Source: the human T2T-CHM13v2.0 reference genome, Homo sapiens. From it: a stretch of 64,000 nt of DNA. A program made the translations under genes and the position numbers. The stretch lies in assembly GCF_009914755.1 (NCBI RefSeq), contig NC_060926.1. The stretch is one strand, 5' to 3'. The notes beneath the pieces were generated by a model. It had not been told where the DNA came from. It did not search any database and saw only the letters and a list, made by a program, of their open reading frames with translations. Each line of letters begins with the position of its first letter. The stretch's first letter is position 1. Of the stretch, positions 14,751 to 25,720 are shown piece by piece.

Positions 14751-14923
14751 TATTCTAGCCAGCCCTGGAATTGTCTGGGTATCTTCTAGATATGATACTT
14801 TTTGAATATTTGAAAAACATAAATTATAGGTAAAAAATATTCACATTTATTTCAGAATAGAAAATCTAATAATTCTATTTTATTTACACTTTATTAAAAT
14901 GTACATATTTGTTTTAGATTTAC

Positions 14924-15115
14924 CTCTAGTCTTCCTTGAGCATAACCCAGGAGGAGTAGATTGGCTCTGTCCTTCTCAGAAGAAATGGGGGCCCAAGGCC
15001 AAGCATCATCGTTGACCAGTGGCCACCAGCAAACAACTCTATCATGAACACAGTTGATAGCTAGATGTCGCTCTGTTGTCTTGTTTATTGGGCCGGGTAT
15101 TTCATAATAGAAAAT
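14924..15115 (-). CDS. WDPCP: WDPCP internal coding exon (probably exon 9), 192 nt, phase 0 to phase 0
   Basis: aattgttag|ATTTTCTATTAT...AGACTAGAG|gtaaat; IFYYEIPGPINKTTERHLAINCVHDRVVCWWPLVNDDAWPWAPISSEKDRANLLLLGYAQGRLE. Confidence 0.96.
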
Positions 15116-18100
15116 CTAACAATTTTAAAAAAGCATACATGAAACATTTCTTTTAAAAGATGCAAAATCCTCAAGTATTACAAAAATTAAAGCATCTGGA
15201 AATGTAGTTACATGCAAGTAAATATGCATGTTAAACATGTGCGTAAGAAGGTGTCAGAATTTACCAAATTCTTCTGACACATATATAAAAAAGACATATG
15301 TTCAAAATTCTCCCCATTTTTAGCGAAGGAAGGAAAAGGAGAAATGTGAGCTAGGAAGAAATTGAATGTAGCAATTCCAATCAATACCAAAATGTACAGT
15401 CATGGTTGCCTGACAGCATCGACCTACACATATGATTTAGGACCAGCTGTATAAAATGACAAGTTCAGTACTGCTGACCAAGAGAGTCTCACTACTGTTT
15501 AAGACATAACGTGTTAACAATGACTGACAACAAAAAAAGGAAAAACAACTTGAGGCAAATATCTCTTTAAAGAATATATGCGACGTATACACATATATTC
15601 TGCATAAAAGGGATAAGCCACAGCATCATGCATAAAAGTTTATGCAGCTTCTGAGAATTATGCTTCTCTTTCTTAGGCAGGATTTGTAGAATTTATTATT
15701 CAAACTATGTTATTTTGGAACATGGTTATTTGAAAACATAAGCACGGCACCATCTGTGTGACACATGCCAAGGAAATATAGATTGCACCGTATTTCTGCT
15801 TAAGGAATTAATGGAAGGTTGATAGCTTGGAAGAAAAAAAAAACTATCTTGCCATTGCTGGTCAGCAATAATCGAACCACTTTCTGGGGATTAAGCGCAT
15901 GGCTAAGCCTACTGGACCAGACACTAGCAAAGGGCAGGGGGTCTTCTTATCAGAGAAATGCTTCTGGAGCCAGTCTCACTACATGACAGATTGCTTTCAT
16001 ATTCCTGTCTGCAAGGCAACAAAGGATGGCAGTAATGCGATAATGCCAGAGTGCAACGGGTGTTAAGAACCCGTTGCATTTATGTATTGTATTTAGTAAA
16101 TAATCAGGCTCATCCAAATTGTGATCTCACCACTCAACCAAGGCCATTAAAACCAAGGTTAATGCTTTAATAATCCTCTGCTATTTTTTTTCAATATGGT
16201 CAAAAGGAACCCTTTTCTATTTGCATGGCCATAATATTATTGACCTCTTCATCCTCTGAATGCACATCAAAAGGAACTGAAATCAAAGTAATTACCAGTG
16301 TTGTTCTCTCATGGTAAACATTTAACTCCTCACAGTGTCCCTTCACTGTTAAATAAATTGAATTGGATTTTTTTCAGATGTAGACAGGAAAACTTGTTAA
16401 AGGTCAATAGTTTAAGGATGTTTACTCTGCAATTTTCTTTGCCAAAATTATGTCAATCTGAAAGAATTAAACTATGGTACAGCTGTAAAGAAAAGCAAAA
16501 GTACAATACTCTATACCACTTCCTTGTTTTAAAATCCAAATGGGCAATGACAGACAACACAGATGTACTTTATGCTATTAAGTGTAATTTCTTATATTTA
16601 AGCTCTCAATATCATTAAGTCTTCTTATTTGAGAGAAATACCACGATGAAATTGCTAAGTACTTAAAAATACACATACATTATTTCAATGTCTGATTTGC
16701 TGCATAAGTGTGTTACCTATGAATTTCTAGATGAGGAAATTGAGTCACAATGAGTGACTGACATTTTCAGTTGTCACATAATGCAAATCACTTACGTTAT
16801 GAAATGTTAGGAAATTTCATGTTTCCTATGAGTTTAATATTATCAGTATTCTGTCATGATGACCAAGAGGGAATGTAAAATAAACAAATTTCTTAAAATA
16901 TCCTTCCAATGGACAAATAGCAGATTTGACTAAGTATTAAAAATATACATTTTAAATATTAAACCAGGAAATGAAATTAATGAGTTTTCCGAAGGGAAAC
17001 AGATTACTTCTCTAATGTATAGGAATGACATGGAGTGCCAATGTTCCTATTTTCCTAAATCCAAAGGCATATTCGAATAAGCAAGTAAGTAATTCCCTTA
17101 CTTAAGGTTTAAGGACCCAAACGCTAGATGTCTTTTCCTCATCTTTTCATAAGAAAAGATGACATCTTGACAGTTTCTCTCTGTTCTCAGGTAGCTACTA
17201 CTCTTCAGTTGAGAAGATTTTATCAAGCTATCACACCTAAGATAAAGAAACTACTCATCCAGAATTTTATATATACTTACTTTAAATGGTTTGAGTTAAT
17301 GCACACTGGTGCATTTTAAAGACCGATCAATTTTAGTAAATAAACAGTATTTCAAGTAAATCTGAAGTTAGCCATTCTAGAACTAACATCCCTTTAAGAA
17401 TGCTAATACCATTTTTGTTTTGGCTAACCAAATATAATAAGTAGCACTAATTTCCAGTTTTAAAAAATCTATATTAAGGTTTTATAGAAGTTTCACAAAG
17501 CTGGCAAACGAAACTAGATGGTAGTTTATCACCACAATGAAAAACTCATTTATTTTATTCCACATTAAAAATCTTTTTTTAAGAATAAATGTTCCTACTA
17601 AATAAAACTAAATCCTCCCATGCTACCACCACCTCATTCATAAGTAATAATCCCAAAGGGCAAAAGGTTAGGTTAAATACTACTTTGCCAAAAACACACA
17701 CACATTTCAAGCTACAGAGCTAGCTTCTCAAACTCTTTGCTCTTGCTACAGATGCTCTAGGTATGGCATAAGTGTGCATCTTTTTTAAGGAAGCTGTATA
17801 TCAGCTCTGTTCCCAGTGAACAGTGAACTGTCTCAAATCCACATCATAGAGGTTGGATCAATCTTGCAAACACAAGTCACTGTTGAAAAGAGGCCTTGAA
17901 CTGAAACAGCCTGGAAAATGTATTACTCATCCTAGCAGAGAATATGCCTTCCCAGCAGTTAAAATGTAATGTGGCAAAACTCAAATTAAACACATCACTT
18001 AAAATAAAAATTCTGCCTTAATAGATGTAAAGCTCCTGATACAGGAAGGAAACAAATTACCTGGAATTAGTGAAGGGTGAGATACTAACACATGAAGATT

Positions 18101-18599
18101 TCTTTTTGCATTTTGTCCAGTTATAGCTGGAGGGGGAGGGTTCTTCCCCCTCCTTGTTTATTACACTTTTCTATTAACCTTTCAAAGTGCCTTCATCTTT
18201 CTTTTCTTGTGAAGTGGAAAGTATCCTACCCTAGAAAGCTATCCTACCCTAGAAAGATGATATGGGGTCTTAGGGGAAAATGAGAATGGTATATATACTA
18301 CCACTGGCACGAAAACCATTTTCAAAAGTGTAACTTGCCTCTATTATCTGTCTTTGATGTCTATAAATACTATATAAATTGCTCCAAACGTGCCATTGTT
18401 AGACAACCCCCCATAGTGAGAGTATAAAAGAAAACTTAGGATGGCCACTGTTTACAGTTAATTAAGCTTAATCCTGTAATATTTCCAGTTTTTCTGAAAT
18501 CCAGAAATGTTGAAGAATAATGAGCAGAATACCAACTTATGTGATACTCTCATATACCTTAATAATTAATAATATGACTATATAAATCAAAATCTCTAC

Positions 18600-18733
18600 C
18601 TTATAATCCAAGGCTGAGAGTTTTTCCAGTCTTTTGTTTACATCAGAAGACTCCATCTTCTTGGTAAACTGAATAAAACATAGTTTGTTTTGTGCCAAAA
18701 ATGATAAGATGATAAAACTGTCTGTGAGAAGAG
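18600..18733 (-). CDS. WDPCP: WDPCP internal coding exon (probably exon 8), 134 nt, phase 1 to phase 0
   Basis: tatgttttttag|CTCTTCTCACAGAC...GATTATAAG|gtagag; (A)LLTDSFIILSFLAQNKLCFIQFTKKMESSDVNKRLEKLSALDYK, in frame with both neighbours. Confidence 0.96.
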
Positions 18734-19040
18734 CTAAAAAACATAATTAGATATTACCAAGTTAGAATAAAATAATGAATAGATTTTTCCACTGATATGT
18801 TACAAAAAGCTATTTTCAAACATACATATTAACTGAAATCACTAAAGTCTCTTGAATATCATTATAGCATTTTATAAAAATATTAAAGATATTAGGAATA
18901 AACAATAATTGTCAATCTAATCATATGTGATTTTTTTTCCTGTGACTATTTCAATATACACTGATATTTGGGGACCACCAATGGATGAGATGTATTTAGA
19001 AACAGGGCTATAAAGGTATTTTTAAAAAACTATTTCGCAC

Positions 19041-19062
19041 CTGAATGTAGAGACGAAAACAT
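19041..19062 (-). CDS. WDPCP: Coding end of an alternative internal first exon of WDPCP (MFSSLHS-), splicing to the 18733 acceptor
   Basis: Minus strand ATGTTTTCGTCTCTACATTCAG|gtgcga: 7 codons + G, phase 1 matches the next exon; matches my recollection of a short WDPCP isoform N-terminus. The 5' extent of the exon cannot be determined. Confidence 0.75.
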
Positions 19063-20119
19063 TCCATTTTATTTGTGCTAAGAGTTTAATCCTATGTTTA
19101 CATGATAGAAACCATCCGAGGATAAAGTGGATTTATTAGGGGATACTGATCAGTGTTCTCTACCAGTCTATTTATTTAAAAAATTTTCATCAGTGAATCT
19201 TCTTTTAGGGGTATACAAGCTGGATGAAATAAAGCATATTATGACCAATATGTACATTACATAAATTAATATCTAATAATGAAAATTAGCACAATATTTC
19301 TACAGCTTTGTCACCAAAGCACACAAGTAGGTAAATAACTAATATTTGTGGATTATATAAAGGGCTATTAATGTTACATAAAATTATTGATAAAAACATG
19401 TTACAGGAATTTGAGAAATGTTTTGCATTGTTCCTAGCATAAAGAAATTATTAAATGTTTTATACATTTTCCTTTACTTTCACACCCCTGACCATACAAA
19501 CAGTGACCAACAGTGGATCTACACAATTACAAGAGAATCTGGAGAACTGCCAAGAAATCACATTGTTACCATGTTCCCATGAGAGTGTATTATTTTGGGT
19601 ACAAATAAAAGAAATACATGAAAAAGGATAACTCAGAGACACGAATTGTGCTGAAAGTTTCCTTTTAATTCTCATTGAGGAGCATCAATATAACAAAATC
19701 ATCACAGCCAGTATTTTATTTGCAGTACCAATGAAGGGGTCAATTATTAGACATATGAAAATGGAACCTCTTCTACAGGGAAGCTTCCTCAGCACCTTAC
19801 TCCTGTAAGGAAGGGAAAATGGCATGCTTACAATCCTACCCCCAGCTTATTACTATCAGTAATGTTGCTAATTATGGCCATCCTGCAGAGTTCTTTTCTT
19901 CAAGATGATGTGATTGTGTCTGATTTATTCAGAGGTAGCTAGTGAGAGAACACAGCAGACGGAAGATTTCTTTATTCTCACCTCTGTCCTTTCCACTAGG
20001 ACATACTTCCTTTGATTACTAAATTTAAGATACTGACCATTTTCAATCTTTCATGATAATACAATGTTTCTCAACCTTTTTACCTTGAATAAAAGAATAT
20101 AATCTTTAAAAATTCAGGA

Positions 20120-20350
20120 GTCAGAACAGTATAGTGAAAGGAAAATGGGCTTCACAGCCCGAACCTGTATTCAAATCTTAGCTCAGTCACTTTCTAGCTA
20201 TATGACTCTGGACATGTTCCTTAGTAGCTCAGCTTCGTTTCCTTATGTGTAAAAATGGAAATAACTATACCTTATACAATTGTTTTCTTGTATTAAATAG
20301 GTAGGTTAGGAACCCAGCATATAGAGCCTTTTGGTTCAATAAATGTCAGT
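20120..20350 (+). mobile_element. MIR
   Basis: ttcaaatcttagctcagtcactttctagct...gtttccttatgtgtaaaaatgg. Confidence 0.7.
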
Positions 20351-20935
20351 ATCCTTCCTATTCAATAACTGGCTTAATATCTTTTTCTTATGTGCTTTGT
20401 ACCAATTACAGACTGATTGAGATGTCACTTAATAGGACCTGACTGTCCAGTATATTAGGCATTGGTCTTTACTATTTAGAAAATATAGCCCAAAATCTCT
20501 CTAAGACTTTAGGAACAAAGAATCTTCCTATGAGAGCCAAAGCATCAATTGTGTACTGGTGGTTGTGTTGATATATTTGTGTTATTTATTCAAAATTCAT
20601 TTGGAAATAAAATATATATTTGAAGTGCCAGTTATAGAGAAATAATTTTGAAAGAATGAAAACAAAACCCTATTTTGAAAAAATGTTCACTTCTTTTAAG
20701 GAAAAAGTAAAAAACAACTCAGAATATAAGCTTAACAGTTGACAAGAAAAAAACTTTGATATTAAATATTAGTCGAAACTTGTATTGGTCCCAGGGGGTG
20801 TAAGTACGCTATTACAAGCAATTACTTGTTGTGTTTGCAAGTCCCCAGTGGTAATAATTAGTCTACCTGTTGACACACTATTTCTCCTGCCCCACTGTTA
20901 ATGTAGGCAATTGATTTGCACATGGGGGTAATTAC

Positions 20936-21050
20936 CATCACTGATGGTGTCTGAGATGAGCTTCCCCACCAGGCTTCTGTCAATCACCACTTTCTCCAGC
21001 TGCGGCCCAGAAAGGCTTAGAGACACCAGCACACCTGAACCAAAAAGGAG
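20936..21050 (-). CDS. WDPCP: WDPCP internal coding exon (probably exon 7), 115 nt, phase 0 to phase 1
   Basis: Minus strand reads ctggttttag|CTCCTTTTTGGT...ATCAGTGATG|gtaatt; translates LLFGSGVLVSLSLSGPQLEKVVIDRSLVGKLISDTISD, recognised as WDPCP/Fritz; frame continues into the next exon. Confidence 0.96.
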
Positions 21051-23329
21051 CTAAAACCAGGTAAGTGGGGGAGAGAGGGAGGAAGACATGCTGTGATTTA
21101 GAATCTTTAAAAAACCTCTCTCCAAATATACAACTTATACAGATATTTTACACATGCATCTACACTACAAAATTATAAAGATTTTCTTCACTGAAAAACA
21201 ATTACTGACATTGTGAGTAAAAAGAGAAAGGTGGCTAAAGGATGCAACACAATAAATGCATTGATTAAAGCTACATGCAGAAACCTAATTTAGGCCATGT
21301 TTATTAGAAATCTAATCTTCTAAATACTTAGAAAGCACATATGCAGACATAACTGCTTTGTTTTGGATTCAGAAAATGTAATGTATTCTATTATTTTGAA
21401 AAATTACTATTATAAACTAAAACATTTCTTGAGGTTTGAATAGTCATTGCTACACATTAAATATAGAAGAGATGCCACTATTACAATATAAACAGCTAAT
21501 GTTATGCATTTATTTGGAAGTTAAACACTATTTACTTCTAAAAATAAAGATCTTGTCAGTCTAAAATGTTAAAATACATGTAAATCAAGGCAATTAAGTA
21601 AAATGTTAAATTTTTAAAATCATAAACAACACATATCAGAAACAATTTCACAAGGAGAAATAAAGGAATATAGTAGAGCATCCAGGCTTTATCAATGTCA
21701 GTGTTCACAAAACCACTCAACAAAAGATGATTGGATATCACCATTATAATTTTATACTGCTCCTTTCCATTTGTGGCAGCATAATTCATTCATCTCCAAA
21801 TGTTTAAAACTTCTGAAAGGACTATGCATATGCGTATGCTTGTTATCTATGAGATTATGAAATATCAACATTGGAAGAAATTGTTTCACCTTCAAGGCAA
21901 CAGACTCAAAGCTGATGAATCATGGAATAACATATGGTATAAGAAGAAAAAAAACCAATTGTCAGTAAACTAATCACAAACATGCTAGCCAAATTCAAAG
22001 ACAACTTTGATTTTAAACAAAACAGGGGAATCCCCCACCCACCTAGGCATCATGTCCCAGCTAGAGAGGATGATTCTGTGTTGAGACATATTTGGACATG
22101 TGTGAAAGATAAGCAGCATGAGGGACCAGGGTAATATAAAGACAGACCACCATTCCTCACTGCCTAACAGATTCCAGGCACATGATTCAGAAAAGAAACT
22201 GAAGAGTTGCTTTGCATTTACTGTTAGAACTCTTGTCCTAGTCACCAGAAAGCTTACCTTTATTTGACTTAACAGATTATTCCATTTTGCGTTAATACCT
22301 CTACAGGGGCAGAGAGTTGGGGGGAGGGTACTTAATCATCTTTATGGGTTTTGGAGACTACTAAGAGAAGGCACATTTGTTTCAAGAAATTTAAAATGCT
22401 TCACAACTTAATCTCTACTGAATTACACCCAGCCCTACCACATACCTTAATGGCAAATGGTGATATTTCCCTTTTGAAGAATCCCCCCATAGCAACACAG
22501 CAGGTGGTCTTAACTCCCCAAATTCCTTCTCAGACGGGCAATTTTAGGGACATCTTTTATATCTACTTCTCCCCTTCCTCCTTTATTCAAAACATCTCTA
22601 AAATCTACCCTTTTCTATTTATTTTTATCTACTAAAGCTTTACACCTATACTCTTAAGCACTTCTTTTCCTAATTACTCACTGACTACCAGCTCCTTATG
22701 GATGTTGGCTTGGCCACATTTATCTTTGTAGTGCCAGGAATACAGTAGGTGCTCAACAAATGTTTGGAGAAAGAATCACAACTAACTCAATGGAACACCA
22801 GATAATTTGCAGTTACAAAAAAAAAAAAACTTGGTCTAATTTTCCATTTTCATATGACATGGATGTTCCTTCTGCAGCATCCCTTCAAGCATCTAGCCCA
22901 TGCTTGAATATTGCCAGTGACCAGGAGCTCACTGCTTCACAGGAAAACTATTCTACCATGGGTCAGTTGTAATCAATTTAAAGATCCTTCATTCATTTTT
23001 TTAATTCACCAAAAACTGAATATTCATTATATGCCAAGCACTAAATTAAATTTAAGGGCTCAAAAAGAAATCAAATATAATTCTTAAAGTAGGTTAAATA
23101 AAGTAGGTTAATAGAAAGAGGTCGAGATCAAAGCAAATAACTAATAAAGTGCTGTTACCAGTTTACCAGACCTATTATAGAAGTACATACTGGGTAGACT
23201 CAGAGTCTGACTGAGAAGGAGGTGGTGACTCTTGAGATTGAGGCTGAGGATACAACTGACTCCCTACAACTTCAACAGTCACCCCAATTATTCTTCAGTA
23301 GCACCCACCTCAAATATTCAAGGATAATA

Positions 23330-23555
23330 ACACAGTGGTTAAGAGCACAGACTCTGAAATCAGAATAAAATCAATATTGGCTACTTGTTACTAGCTGTGT
23401 GACACTGACAGTGTAATTTAACCTCTCTGTCCCTTCATTTCCTCACCTGAAAATAAACATGATAGTATCTACTTCATAGGATGAGGATTAAATAACTTTT
23501 TACAAAAAACATTTAGAATAATGCCTGGCACACAGTGTTTGCAATTATTATTATT
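23330..23555 (+). mobile_element. MIR
   Basis: gtggttaagagcacagactctg...tttaacctctctgtcccttcatttcctcacctg...atgcctggcacacagt. Confidence 0.8.
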
Positions 23556-23581
23556 ATTCAACCATTAATTGTAGGATGCTG

Positions 23582-24212
23582 TCCATAGTCTCCAAATCAC
23601 TGCTCCTGCCTCCAGGCATAGATTAGTTATCTAACCAATGTATGCATGCTCTTGCCTCCATGACGTTCACCCCTTTGAATCCTATATCAAATAACAAATA
23701 TCCTCACTACATTGTTAACCAACTCTGAGCACATTTGTCTTTTTAAAAACCTTGTAACCCAGGTTGGACTCAATGTTAGATGTGTGACACTCAGGTGAGT
23801 TACAATTAGTAAAAAATGCAATCTTTTGTTGCCTCTCCCATTGGCTATGATTTCACAAGGATATTATCTCCAAAATATTTGCAAGTTCCTTCAGAACTCT
23901 GGAATTTAATTTTTCCAAGTGTCTAATTTCTTTTACCTTGTTTTCTGTTCTCACCACTGCTCTCATGAAATAAATCTCATATCCTAACAAAAACTGCTTT
24001 TTCTATGTATGAGCGTTTGTTATAAAATTCTTTTAAAAACCCACTTTTATGAGATGAAGAAGGAAAGTACAGCCTGTGAGAGTAAGTAAATGAGGGAACT
24101 TATGCCGGAAAAGATTCAGAGGGGTGAGTGTCATGGAGCCAAAAGCATGCATACACTGGTTAGATAACTGATCTATGCATGGAGGCAGGAGCAGTGATTT
24201 GGAGACTATGGA
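23582..24212. repeat. 100-bp inverted repeat (arms 23582-23681 and 24113-24212)
   Basis: Manual alignment of one arm with the reverse complement of the other: 92/100, ungapped; 431-bp spacer. Confidence 0.95.
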
Positions 24213-24279
24213 TCCTGCCAAGTGAGGTTGGACATTCCTTCAGAATCCTTCTCAAAGAATAGGTACAGCCACTTTTTCA

Positions 24280-25340
24280 TAAATTCACTCATTTACCCCA
24301 AAATATATATATTTAGTATATCATATGAGCCAGGCACTGTTCCAAGTGCTGAGAATACAGCAATGAACAAAACAGACAATGCCCTTGCCCTCCCTGGCCT
24401 CATGGAGCCTGCATTCAAGTGTGGACACAGATAATAAAACAAATAGTTTTAATATAATGTACAATAGCAATAAGAACTATAGAGCAAATTTAGGAGGGTG
24501 CTACTTTAAGCAAGATGGCTAATAAAGAAATAAGCCTCTCTGAGGAAATAACATTTGAATATAGACTCAAATGAAGTAAAAGAACAAGCCACATAAATAT
24601 CTGGAGAAAAGGAGTTCGAGGCAGAGAGAAGAGCTAATGCAAAAACTCTGAGGTGGCAATGTGCCTAGGCTGATTGAAGAAAGCTAGGCCAGTGTGGCTG
24701 GAGGGGAGTAAGTGAAAGGGATATTCATAGAGGATGAAGTCAGAGAGGCAGTCAAGGACCAGATTAGGTTAGACCTTGTTGATGAGAAGTCACTGAGTTT
24801 TAAGCAGCACAGAACTATAATATAATTTATGTTTTAAAGCGGGGGATCAGGGCAAGAGTGAAGCAAGGAGACCATCACAAGCCTATTGCAGTGGTTGAGG
24901 TGAGAGATGATGGCTTGGGACTAGAATGGTAATGCTGAAGGAAATGATAAGTGGGCAGACTTGAGATATATTTTAAAAAGTATCTACTAGCACTTGCTGA
25001 AAAATTGAATGTGGCACATGAGAGAAAGACTCAAAGATTTTTGGCCTGAGCAACAGTTTACTGTGATTGGGAATGCTAGAAGAAAAGCAAATTTAGATTA
25101 TGGAGAATCAAGAGTTTGATTCTGACACGTTAAGTTTAAAGTATTTATGGACATACCAGTGGAGAGATCTAGTACATAATCAGAAATGTGTCTGAACTTC
25201 ATGGGGGACTACAGAGGTATATCTGGGAGTCATCAACAATACAAAGGTAGTATTTAAAGCCATGGTACTGGACATGCTCTCCTTTAAAAAATGAGTGGAA
25301 AGACAGAAAGAGATCTAAGGTCTGAGCTCTGGGACATTCT
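24280..25340 (-). mobile_element. L2 3' fragment
   Basis: attcactcatt tail, gagccaggcactgttccaagtgctgagaatacagcaatgaacaaaacagac and further L2 motifs. Confidence 0.8.
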
Positions 25341-25720
25341 GACCCAAAAGATCAGTTTAGCCCTCTTATTGAACCTGAGTTTGGATACTTGAAAGATCAA
25401 GTATGTCCATCATTTCATATTTCCAAATGTCCTATGGACTAGAGGCATCCCTGACACCAGATTTTGGAATAAGAAGGTATAAATCAATTAATAAGCTAAT
25501 TAATGCATTTTTATAAAACAGCCTATGGGGAAGCATAGAGTTGCCAAATACTGGTGCCAAAAATACTCCTGGATATTGTAAAGGAGACAACTAGAGTTAG
25601 AAAAATATAGTCAAGGAAAGAATATTCCAGCCCAGACAGGAAAGTGCTATTCTCACCTCTGCCTGTTTCCCCAAAGTGGTTAGTCCTTAAGACCTCCAAA
25701 ATGGAAAGGGTCTATGTAAG

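Noticed and set aside
18221-18258. tatcctaccctagaaag duplicated in tandem
   Set aside because: Ordinary short slippage duplication with no evidence of function.
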